Positions 48,631-57,598 of a stretch of DNA of 57,598 bases are shown piece by piece. The notes beneath the pieces were generated by a model, which was given only the letters and a program-made list of their open reading frames with translations, was not told where the DNA came from and made no database searches. Origin of the DNA: Terracidiphilus sp. (GTDB lineage Bacteria; Acidobacteriota; Terriglobia; Terriglobales; Acidobacteriaceae); NCBI GenBank assembly GCA_050013195.1, contig JBEKFS010000002.1:1-57598 (forward strand). The letters are read 5' to 3'. How positions within the stretch are numbered: the stretch's first letter is position 1; each line of letters begins with the position of its first letter. A program made the translations under genes and the position numbers.

Positions 48631-50547
48631 ATGCTCAAGCAGTACCGCTTTTCTTTCGCCTTTCTGGTCCTTCTTGCCCTTTCTGCCGCGCTGCTACCCG
48701 CCCAGCCCGCGGCCCCTGTCGCGCCCCAGGAAGACTACATTCGCGCCCACTATACCAAGTACGAGTTCCGCATCCCCATGCGCGACGGCAAGCGGCTGTT
48801 TACATCTGTTTTTGTTCCCAAGGATGCCGCGGCCGGCCCCTACCCCTTCCTTATGGACCGCACTCCCTATAGTGTCGGTCCCTACGGCGAGGACCAGTAT
48901 CCACGCCACCTGGGACCGTCCGAGGAGTTCGAAAAAAGCGGCTACATCTTTGTTTACCAGGATGTGCGCGGCCGTTGGATGAGCGAGGGTGAATATCAGG
49001 AGATGCGTCCGCACATCGACGACAAGAAGTCGCCCGCCGATGTGGACGATGCCTCGGACACCTACGACACCATCGAGTTTCTCCTCAAACACGTTGCCAA
49101 TAACAATGGCAAGGCGGGCATCTGGGGAATCTCCTATCCCGGCTTTTACACCTCCGCGTCTATCATCGACTCGCATCCCGCGCTGGTGGCCGCCAGCCCA
49201 CAGGCCCCCATGACCGACCTCTTCCTGGGTGACGACGCCTATCACGGCGGAGCCTTCATGCTGAGCGCCAACTTCAGCTTCTATTCCTTCTTCAAGCCCA
49301 GCCATAACCCGGAGACGCCCAAGCCCTCCATTCCCTTCGACTACGGCACCCCCGACAGTTACAAGTTCTATCTACGAGCCGGAAATATCGCCAATCTTGA
49401 CAAGCTCTATCTGAAGGGCTCGAACTGGCTCTTCAACGATCAGGCCAGGCACGACACTTATGACAGTTACTGGCAGGCTCGTGACCTCTCGCGCCACATG
49501 AAAAACGTGCGCTGCGCCGTACTGGTCGTGGGCGGCTGGTATGATGCCGAGGATTTGAGCGGCCCTTACAAGACCTTCTATGCCATCGGCAAATTCAACC
49601 CCAAGACGCCGGCAACGCTGGTCGAAGGCCCCTGGGTGCATGGCGGCTGGTCGCGCGGTGATGGCTCCCACCTCGGCGATGTGCAATTTAACTCCAAGAC
49701 CGCCGAGTACTTCCGCCTTCACGTCCAGTTTCCGTTCTTCGAGCATTACCTCAAGGGCAAAGGCGAGGCGCAACCCAAAGCGGTGGTCTTCGAGACCGGC
49801 ACGAATGTGTGGCGCAGTTTTGATTCCTGGCCGCCCAAGGCAGCTGCGCCTAAAATGCTTTACTTTCATGCCGGTGGCAAACTAAGCTTCGATCCTCCTA
49901 CTGAGCAGAGCGGCGTTGACGAATATGTGAGCGATCCCAACCATCCCGTCCCGTTCGTGGGCTACACCACAGACACTGTCCCCCAGCGCTATATGGTGGA
50001 CGACCAGCGATTTGCCAGCTACAGGCCAGATGTACTGGTCTACCAGACCGCTCCGCTGGAAGAGGATGTGACCATAGCCGGGCCTATCTCGCCTAAACTC
50101 ATACTCTCAAGCTCCGGCACGGACTCCGACTTCGACGTGAAGCTCATCGACGTTTATCCGGATGACTATCCCGACCCGGAAGATACCTCGCGCGGCAGCA
50201 AGCGCATCCTCGACACGCCGCCTTTGCATATGGGCGGCTATCAGCAACTGGTGCGCGGCGAACCCTTCCGTGCAAAATATCGCAATAGTTGGGAAAATCC
50301 GGAGCCGTTGACGCCGGGCAAGCAGACCAACATCAACTTCACCATGCCCGATCTCTTCCACACCTTCCGCCGCGGCCACCGTATCATGATCCAGGTGCAG
50401 AGTTCCTGGTTCCCGTTGACGGATCGAAATCCGCAAACCTTCACCGACATTCCCAACGCAAAACCGGAGGAGTTCCAGAAAGCCTCCGAGCAAATCTTCC
50501 GCCAGAAGAACGCCGCTAGCGGCGTAGAAGTGTTGGTTATGCAGTAA
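48631..50547 (+). CDS. CocE/NonD family hydrolase (S15; alpha-amino acid ester hydrolase/acylase-like)
   Basis: Signal peptide; IPMRDG, RTPY, QDVRGR..SEG, GISYPG and GPWVHG motifs. Confidence 0.92.
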   Translation: MLKQYRFSFAFLVLLALSAALLPAQPAAPVAPQEDYIRAHYTKYEFRIPMRDGKRLFTSVFVPKDAAAGPYPFLMDRTPYSVGPYGEDQYPRHLGPSEEFEKSGYIFVYQDVRGRWMSEGEYQEMRPHIDDKKSPADVDDASDTYDTIEFLLKHVANNNGKAGIWGISYPGFYTSASIIDSHPALVAASPQAPMTDLFLGDDAYHGGAFMLSANFSFYSFFKPSHNPETPKPSIPFDYGTPDSYKFYLRAGNIANLDKLYLKGSNWLFNDQARHDTYDSYWQARDLSRHMKNVRCAVLVVGGWYDAEDLSGPYKTFYAIGKFNPKTPATLVEGPWVHGGWSRGDGSHLGDVQFNSKTAEYFRLHVQFPFFEHYLKGKGEAQPKAVVFETGTNVWRSFDSWPPKAAAPKMLYFHAGGKLSFDPPTEQSGVDEYVSDPNHPVPFVGYTTDTVPQRYMVDDQRFASYRPDVLVYQTAPLEEDVTIAGPISPKLILSSSGTDSDFDVKLIDVYPDDYPDPEDTSRGSKRILDTPPLHMGGYQQLVRGEPFRAKYRNSWENPEPLTPGKQTNINFTMPDLFHTFRRGHRIMIQVQSSWFPLTDRNPQTFTDIPNAKPEEFQKASEQIFRQKNAASGVEVLVMQ

Positions 50548-50616
50548 CCGAAGCGGAGTTAGCGGAGCTATTATTGTTAGCCGCCAAACCCACCTGTCTT
50601 ACAACTCAACTAATTC

Positions 50617-52707
50617 ATGAGGAATTCAATGTTTACTTCAAAAATTCGCTTTACGCTGCTGCTACTAGCCGCGTTGCTCGTGGCCGCCGCGCCTGTGATT
50701 CACGCCGAAGAAGGTATGTGGACCTTTGACAACCCGCCGCTCAAGCAGTTGGCGGCCAAATACAACTTCCATCCCAGCCAGCAGTGGCTGGACCATCTGC
50801 GCCTGTCAAGTGTACGTTTTATGGACGGTGGCTCGGGTTCGTTCGTCAGCCCCAACGGCCTGGTGCTCACCAATCATCACGTCGCCCGCGGCCAGTTGCA
50901 GAAAAACTCGACCGCCGAGCACGATTATGTGCGTGACGGTTTTTATGCCGCCACGCAGGATCAAGAAATGAAGTCTCCGGATCTCGAAGTGAATGTGCTG
51001 GTCGGCATGCAAGATGTGACTGCGCGGGTGCAGGGAGCGGCTAGGGGCATTGCCGGCGCCGCGCAGGCTGAAAAGGTTCGCGACGCTGAGATTGCCGCCA
51101 TTGAGAAAGAGAGCAAGGACAAGACAGGTCTGCGTTCCGACGTGGTCTCCTTCTACAATGGAGGCGAGTACTGGCTATACACTTACAAAGCCTATCGCGA
51201 CGTACGCATTGTCTTTGCCCCCGAGCAGCAGGCAGCCTTCTTCGGTGGTGACCCGGATAACTTCACCTATCCGCGCTACGACCTGGACATGGCTATCTTC
51301 CGTGTTTATGAAAACGGCAAGCCGATCAACTCTGAAAACTATCTCAAGTGGAGCGCCAAGGGCGCCGCACCAGGTGAGCTGGTCTTTGTCTCCGGCCACC
51401 CCGGCGCCACGGAGCGCGACGAAACCGTGGCCCAGTTGCTGATGGATCGCGACGTGCGCGGGCCGGCTATGATCGAGTACCTCCAGCGTCGCGTCGCCGC
51501 CGCACAGGCCTTTGCTGCACAAGGCGCCGAGAATCAGCGCCTCGTAGGCACCCTGATCTTCGGTTTGCAAAACAGCCTCAAAGTTTACCTGGGACGCCGC
51601 GATGCGCTCGCCGACCCCGCCATTCTGACCAAGAAGCAAGCCGAGGAAGCCGACTTCCGCGCCAAGGTGAATGCCAATAAAGAGTGGAAAAAGGCTTACG
51701 GCAACGCCTGGAACGAGATCGACGCCGCGGTAGAGAAGATGAAGCCGGAGATGAAGGGGCAAATCTTCCGCCGGACCGACAGCCGACTATTTACTATCGC
51801 GCTGCAGATCGTCCAATATGTTACGGAAATCAAAAAGCCCGATGGCGAGCGCCTGCCACAGTACCACGAGGCCGGATTGGAATCTCTCAATCAACAAATG
51901 ATGTCCCCGGCAAAGATCTACCCCTCCACGGAGAAGTTATACATGGTCACCGCACTCCGGCTGGGCCAGGAAAAACTCGGCAAGGATGATGCCTACTTGC
52001 AGGCCATCCTACAAGGCGGCGACGTGGACAAGACAGTCAACGAGCTAGTGGACGGAACCAAGCTGGCTGATCCGGCTTTCCGCAAGTCGCTTATCGATGG
52101 TGGCGAGGCCGCCGTGGCCGCGTCCACGGATCCCATGATTGTGGCCGCGCGTCGAGTCGACCCCATCAACCGCCAGACTTACCTCCGTTTGCGCGACACT
52201 GTCAGTAGCGTGCTCACTCCTGCCGGTGAAAAGCTCGGTAAGGCCCGCTTCCTGGTCTATGGCAAGGATGCCTATCCCGACGCCACATTCACCCTGCGGC
52301 TGAGCTATGGCGCCGTCGATGGCTACCCTTATAACGGCACCATCGCTCCGCCCTTCACCACCTTCTACGGGCTCTATGACCGCGCCGCCAGCTTCAGCAG
52401 TCAGCCGCCCTTCGATCTGACGCCGAAGGAAGCCGCCGGCCGCGACAAGCTCGACCTTTCCACTCCGCTCGACTTCGTCACCACCAACGACATCATCGGG
52501 GGCAACTCCGGCTCGCCTGTCGTCAATCGCGAGGGCGAACTGGTGGGCCTGGTCTTCGACGGAAACATAGAGTCCCTGGCCGGCGATTTTGTCTATGACG
52601 GCGCCAAGAACCGCACCGTCGCCGTGCACTCGGCTGGCATGATCGAGGGACTGCGCAAACTCTACGGTGCCGATGCCCTGGCTGATGAGCTGCAAGGAAA
52701 GAAGTAA
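50617..52707 (+). CDS. S46 family dipeptidyl peptidase
   Basis: EEGMW, TNHH, FGGD.DNF.YPR, DIIGGNSGSP and FDGN motifs. Confidence 0.95.
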   Translation: MRNSMFTSKIRFTLLLLAALLVAAAPVIHAEEGMWTFDNPPLKQLAAKYNFHPSQQWLDHLRLSSVRFMDGGSGSFVSPNGLVLTNHHVARGQLQKNSTAEHDYVRDGFYAATQDQEMKSPDLEVNVLVGMQDVTARVQGAARGIAGAAQAEKVRDAEIAAIEKESKDKTGLRSDVVSFYNGGEYWLYTYKAYRDVRIVFAPEQQAAFFGGDPDNFTYPRYDLDMAIFRVYENGKPINSENYLKWSAKGAAPGELVFVSGHPGATERDETVAQLLMDRDVRGPAMIEYLQRRVAAAQAFAAQGAENQRLVGTLIFGLQNSLKVYLGRRDALADPAILTKKQAEEADFRAKVNANKEWKKAYGNAWNEIDAAVEKMKPEMKGQIFRRTDSRLFTIALQIVQYVTEIKKPDGERLPQYHEAGLESLNQQMMSPAKIYPSTEKLYMVTALRLGQEKLGKDDAYLQAILQGGDVDKTVNELVDGTKLADPAFRKSLIDGGEAAVAASTDPMIVAARRVDPINRQTYLRLRDTVSSVLTPAGEKLGKARFLVYGKDAYPDATFTLRLSYGAVDGYPYNGTIAPPFTTFYGLYDRAASFSSQPPFDLTPKEAAGRDKLDLSTPLDFVTTNDIIGGNSGSPVVNREGELVGLVFDGNIESLAGDFVYDGAKNRTVAVHSAGMIEGLRKLYGADALADELQGKK

Positions 52708-52816
52708 CCCACCCATCGTCACCAACAAATGGGGGGCCGTTCAGGCTCCCCTTTTTCAACTCATGGGTGCTACTTTCTGGTCGCCGACGTACAATCAAGA
52801 CAGCCCCAAGCCCTGC

Positions 52817-52906
<90 letters not shown>

Positions 52907-53018
52907 ATTAGTTGATATATTTCGTCCTATAAAGTCAAATCAATCCACGCAATCACTTGAAATATAGTATTTCTTTTCTTTTATCGTCCAAGGCGGTTTT
53001 ACGAAAGCCACGTGCTGG

Positions 53019-53060
53019 TGGGGGTATTTTTGGGGTGATTTTATTCCCCACCTAGGGTAT
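53019..53060. other. Probable integrase arm-type binding sites
   Basis: TGGGGGTAT, TGGGGTGAT, ATTCCCCA and TAGGGTAT between the tRNA and a P4-type integrase. Confidence 0.5.
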
Positions 53061-53090
53061 TTTCTTGATCGTGTGTATTTTCGATAGGAA

Positions 53091-54090
53091 ATGGTTCTAA
53101 CTGACACGGAAATTCGCAAGACCAAAGCCAAGAACAAGTCGTACCGCGTGAGCGATGGGAGCGGCTTGTATCTTTTGATCACACCATCTGGCAGTAAGCA
53201 CTGGTGCTGGAAGTATCGGCATGAGAACTTGGAAAGCTCATTTCCTTTGGCAAGTACCCAGATGTGTCACAGGCGCAAGCCAGAATTCACCAAGCTCAAG
53301 CCAGCAAATTGTTGGTTTCTGGTCTCGACCCAATGGCGCCGCAGAAAACCGCAGAGGCCGCAAAAAAAGGCAGCCAGCGGGAACTCCTTCCAGAGAGCAT
53401 CGCCTCTCTTAGTATGGTGCATTGGCGGGATGGGAAAGCCGACGCCATGTGGAGTACGTCAAGCGAAGCATGGAAGCAGACATCCTCCCCTTCCTGGGAG
53501 AACGGCCCATTGCGGAGATCGAGGCGCCCGAGCTAGTAGAGATAGTCAAGACCATTTTGCAGCGCGATGCGCGGGATATTGCCAAACGTGCGCTGTAGAC
53601 AGTTGGACAGGTCTTCCGCTACAGCATTACTCATGGCGACTCGAAGCGCAATCCCTCCAGCGAGATTCGTCCCAGCGACATCCTCGAGTGCACATGCAAG
53701 GTCAACTATGCTCGAGTCGGTGCGAAAGAATTACCGCAACTGTTATGAACTTTAAGGTCTACCTGGGCACATACGTCACTCGCCTAGCCATGAAATTGAT
53801 AGCGCTTATCTTTGCGCGCACCAGTGAGCTGATTAATGTTAGGTGGAAGGAGTTCGATCTGGAGGCCCGACGTTTGGATATCCCATCAGAGCAAATGAAG
53901 ATGCGTACTCCACATATCGTTACACTGGCCAGGTAAGCCTTGGAAGTCCTTGACACTCTGCTAACACTTACTGTGCAAAGCGAATGGCTCATCCCCGGTG
54001 ACCGCAACGCCAGCAAGCCGATGAGCAACAACACCATCCTGAAGGCTCTGGAGTGCATGGGCTAAAAGGGACGCACGACCGGCTACGGCT
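53091..54090 (+). pseudogene. P4-like tyrosine integrase, frameshifted and truncated
   Basis: LTDTEIRK.K...DGSGLYL.I.PSGSK.W; GKYPDVS in a shifted frame; RTSEL...W.EFDL...IP..QMKMR.PHIV.L; MSNNTILKAL; internal stops; ends at TTGYG where the H-x-x-R motif is expected. Confidence 0.9.
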
Positions 54091-54425
54091 TGCTTCCTCA
54101 CCGCGCAGCCGTCCTTTGTCGTACTTTGTAACATGCGCGGTGATATGCAACTCATACGCTGTGCTGACGAAATACTTGCTATTGTAGGCCTTGTCCGCGT
54201 CCACGGTGATGCGGCGTGAGCGTCAGTACTACTTAGCTTTTTTACATCAACGGAGGGGCATCGCGTTCTGCGTATCCATCAGCATGCGTTGCCATCGCCG
54301 CCGCAATAAGACCGTTGCGGTTCTCCACCAGAGCATAGCCCCGGTAACTCAGCTTTAACTCCTTGCCGTAATTCTTCTTGCACAGTCGCGCATCCGGATT
54401 GGTGGTTGATTCATGCGTCATGTTG
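54090..54425 (-). mobile_element. IS5-family-like transposase remnant
   Basis: Minus-strand fragments THESTTNPDARL.KK.YGKE.KLSY.G.ALVENRNGLI...ATHADGYAERDA and RITVDADKAY...FV; contains stops; no intact ends seen. Confidence 0.75.
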
Positions 54426-54630
54426 GAGCACTTCTATCCGCAAAAATCCGTACCTTCGCTGTCATCGGAGACGTCTTTCGAGCGAAAGCTCTTCCGTGAA
54501 GCTTAAGCCTGAATCAGAGTTCCGTGGGTTTATGCATATCGCGAGGCGACAAAAGATCAACAACTCAGTACCATTGGACAAGCTATGCACTTCCATTGAC
54601 ATGCGATGCTCTAAAGCGCAAAGATTAGTC

Positions 54631-56916
54631 ATGTTATATTTTGTCCGGCACTATTCAATACTTTTACTCATTCTATTGAGCTGCACAGATATGCAGCACT
54701 CACTCCTAGGCCAGACCTCGCCGACCAGGCCCGACATAGTGCGCGATTATGTCCACAATGTCTATCCATTTCTCGGCGTGGACTGGGGTGGCAATGTTTT
54801 CGTTGGCGCAGCTGTGCCATTCGGCATGGTAAAGCTTGGTCCGGATATGGAGAGCTTCGATAGCCGGCCCTCGAGCTTTGGCTATCTCAGCGGCGGCCGC
54901 ATTCTGGGCTTCAGCCATCTTCACCTCAGTGGAGCCTCCGGCAAGTACGGCAATATCCTCGTCGCTCCTGTGACCGGTCCCTTTGACCTCGCAGATATCA
55001 AGTCGCCCCGCATCGAAGAGGTGAACTATCCCGGTTACTACGCCACGATGCTCACGCGATACAACATCCGCGCGGAGTTGACCGCCACTCGCCGCGTCGG
55101 TTTCCATCGCTACACGTTTCCCGCCGCTCAGCAGTCGCATCTTACCGTCAACATTGCTCATTGCCTGAACAAGGGCTCAGACTCGGAGTCGCAGCGTTTC
55201 CTGGGCGGGCAAGTCCGCCTGCTCTCCGACCATGAAGCAGAAGGTGTGGGCCGCTACGCCGGCGGATGGAACAAGGGTGGCGAGTACAGAGTCTACTTCT
55301 ACATCGTTCTTGACACCCCATCCACCAGTACCCAGACCTGGGACGGCAACACGCTCACTTCCGACAAAGAAGTCGCGGCGGACGAAGATCGGCCTATAGG
55401 CGTTACCTTCAATTTCCGCACCCACGCGGGCCAGGTTGTGCAGGCGAAGATTGGCATCTCCTTTGTCAGTCCGGAGCAGGCGCGGTTAAATGTACAAAGC
55501 GAGATCCCCGCATGGAATTTCGATATCGTCCGCAAGGCCACTGTAGAAAACTGGAACCAGGCTTTGTCCAAGATCCGGCTGAGTGGCGAGACGGATTCAA
55601 AGCGAATTCAGTTCTATACCGCGATGTATCACACCATGCTTATGCCATCCGATCGCACGGGCGAGAATCCCGGCTGGCAATCGACCGAGCCTTACTATGA
55701 CGACTATTACACTATCTGGGACACTTATCGCAGCTCCGGCCCATTGCTCACTCTCATAGCTCCTGATCGGCAACGTGACCTTATCCGCTCACTCATCGAT
55801 ATCTATCGTCACGAAGGCTACATGCCTGATGGACGCAGTGGAAACGTTACAGGCCGCACTCAGGGCGGCAGCAATGCCGATATCGTCATCGCCGATGCCT
55901 ACGTCAAAGGTATGACGGGAATCGATTACCCCACCGCCTTTGAAGCCATGTTGAAAAATGCCTCCGTTCCCCCGGCTGACCCGCAGAAGGAGGGCCGCGG
56001 CGGCATCCTGGACTACAACGCCAGAGGCTATCTCACCCTGGCTGACGAGCGCTCCGGCTCCCGCACCGTCGAATACGCCTACGACGATTTTGCCATAGCA
56101 GAGGTCGCCTGCGGCCTCAATCGCCCCGCGGAGGCTAAGCTCTTCGCCTCCCGAGCCCACAATTGGGAACATCTCTGGGACAAGGATCTCACCGTGGAAG
56201 GTTTTAAAGGCTTCCTGCGGCCACGCAATCGCGATGGTATTTGGGCTGAGCCGAATTATGTTGTGCGCGGCGAGTGGCCCGACTTCCTATACGAAGGGGA
56301 CATCTGGACCTATTCGCTTTATGCCCCGCAGGATGTTCGGAAACTGATTGCCCTGGCGGGAGGCAATCAGATGTTCGTGCGTCGTCTCGACTATATTTTC
56401 TATCGCGAACACTTCGATGTTACGAACGAACCCGGCTTTCTCATACCTGTCCTTTACAATTGGGACGGGCGGCCGGACCATACTGCCGAAGTTATAAATG
56501 AACTGCTAGAGAAAGCCTTCACTGACCAGCGCACCGGCATACCGGGCAACGATGACTCTGGCGCTATGTCCAGTTGGTTCATCTTCCAGTCCCTCGGCTT
56601 TTATCCTAATGCCGGGCAAGACTTCTACCTGATAGGGACCCCAAGCTTTCCCGAAGCGGATATCACGCTTGCTTCTGGAAAGACTCTGCGTATCCTGGCT
56701 CGCAACATGGACAGCGAGCACATCAATCGCTTTATCCAGTCCGCGACTCTAAATGGAGCGCCGCTCGATACGTCGTGGTTTCGCCATAAGCAAATCGCCA
56801 ATGGGGGAACGCTTGTGTTCACCATGGGCTCGGCGCCCTCGAATTGGGGAACTGCCAATCCGCCACCTTCGATGTCCGATGCGGTTTCGCCGCTTTGCGC
56901 TGCAGCACAACCGTAG
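54631..56916 (+). CDS. GH92 alpha-mannosidase
   Basis: GAAVPFGMVKLGPD, GFSHLHLSG, FYTAMYH, WDTYR, EYAYDD, NEP and GNDDSGAMSSW motifs; start uncertain. Confidence 0.93.
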   Translation: MLYFVRHYSILLLILLSCTDMQHSLLGQTSPTRPDIVRDYVHNVYPFLGVDWGGNVFVGAAVPFGMVKLGPDMESFDSRPSSFGYLSGGRILGFSHLHLSGASGKYGNILVAPVTGPFDLADIKSPRIEEVNYPGYYATMLTRYNIRAELTATRRVGFHRYTFPAAQQSHLTVNIAHCLNKGSDSESQRFLGGQVRLLSDHEAEGVGRYAGGWNKGGEYRVYFYIVLDTPSTSTQTWDGNTLTSDKEVAADEDRPIGVTFNFRTHAGQVVQAKIGISFVSPEQARLNVQSEIPAWNFDIVRKATVENWNQALSKIRLSGETDSKRIQFYTAMYHTMLMPSDRTGENPGWQSTEPYYDDYYTIWDTYRSSGPLLTLIAPDRQRDLIRSLIDIYRHEGYMPDGRSGNVTGRTQGGSNADIVIADAYVKGMTGIDYPTAFEAMLKNASVPPADPQKEGRGGILDYNARGYLTLADERSGSRTVEYAYDDFAIAEVACGLNRPAEAKLFASRAHNWEHLWDKDLTVEGFKGFLRPRNRDGIWAEPNYVVRGEWPDFLYEGDIWTYSLYAPQDVRKLIALAGGNQMFVRRLDYIFYREHFDVTNEPGFLIPVLYNWDGRPDHTAEVINELLEKAFTDQRTGIPGNDDSGAMSSWFIFQSLGFYPNAGQDFYLIGTPSFPEADITLASGKTLRILARNMDSEHINRFIQSATLNGAPLDTSWFRHKQIANGGTLVFTMGSAPSNWGTANPPPSMSDAVSPLCAAAQP

Positions 56917-57106
56917 TCGTAAGGGTCTCTTAGTTCTCTTTGAAGTGTTTGGCCCGGACCGCGCTTCGTGTATATCCAAGCACAATAAAATCCGGGGTTC
57001 AAGGAACGAGCAGTTGCTCACTCCTTAAACCCCGGATAAATCGTGACGCTGTTGAAGTTCACTCATACCCGAGTGCGAATTCTAGCACCGGGCAATTATA
57101 TTTCGC

Positions 57107-57598
57107 TTAAAATTCAAGTTTCATGGATATCTGTCCGGTGCGCGCACCCCCAAAATCCGATCCGCGGCCGGAATTAATCATCCCGAAAGTTGGACTCGAG
57201 ATATTCAGATTGGGATCGTTAAGGTTGGTGTAATTCAAAACATTGGTGAAGGTACCTTCAGCGCGAAGATGCACATTGCCGGTGATATCGATTCGCTTAC
57301 TTAGGCCGGCCGACCAGTTCACGGTTCCCGGACCAACGACGTCGCCAACACTTTCATTGCCGAATCGCCCGATAGGATTCGTGGTGTATCCAACGCCGCA
57401 AGTATTGCCGGCATAGGAGCTTGCTGTGTATCCGCTATTGCTGGGGCATGCAAATGCCATTGGATTGAGCCACTGGGCCCTGGTCCGGTTGGCCGGAGCA
57501 GCGCTTTGTCCAGACACGCGGTCGGGACGCTGATTGAGCGCGTATAAGACTCCTGAACCCGTTCCTGATGGATCTGCGGTGCCGCCCGGGATGTACGC
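57107..57598 (-). CDS. C-terminal part of an Oar-like TonB-dependent receptor (partial)
   Basis: GRFGN...GPG...LSK....LRAE..NVLN..N...FG.I...R.GQ.SMKLEF; the frame is open to the window edge. Confidence 0.85.
   Translation of the reverse strand, partial: AYIPGGTADPSGTGSGVLYALNQRPDRVSGQSAAPANRTRAQWLNPMAFACPSNSGYTASSYAGNTCGVGYTTNPIGRFGNESVGDVVGPGTVNWSAGLSKRIDITGNVHLRAEGTFTNVLNYTNLNDPNLNISSPTFGMINSGRGSDFGGARTGQISMKLEF

Overview
GC-rich bacterial chromosomal window. Gene content and repeat style suggest Acidobacteriota (Terriglobales-like); this is inference from recalled family traits. It is mostly housekeeping and envelope genes: class II RNR (nrdJ) with NrdR boxes, a K+-independent H+-pyrophosphatase, ccmE-ccmA-(ybaK)-ccmB, hslVU, tal, hypAB/hypCDE, msrPQ, rnhB, three TonB-dependent receptors, secreted peptidases and GH31/GH92 glycosidases. 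Between these sit four type II toxin-antitoxin modules, several families of REP-like palindromes and a few orphan genes. The right end holds tRNA-Ser(TGA), a decayed P4-type integrase and an IS5-like remnant, marking an old island. No CRISPR array, intact transposon or complete defence system was seen. The best leads are: (1) a Cys-rich zinc-finger gene at <1..550 that the ORF track missed, with a repeated upstream motif; (2) TA modules bracketed by 59-bp repeats; (3) a ccmA/ybaK junction lacking a stop and a start, next to a CxxxY-type CcmE; (4) a stand-alone SecD P1-head chimera; (5) an ACP-like plus outer-membrane orphan pair; (6) a TA module inside the hyp operon, with a Crp/Fnr-type promoter in front of hypC. 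All family calls come from reading motifs by eye; no database search was run.
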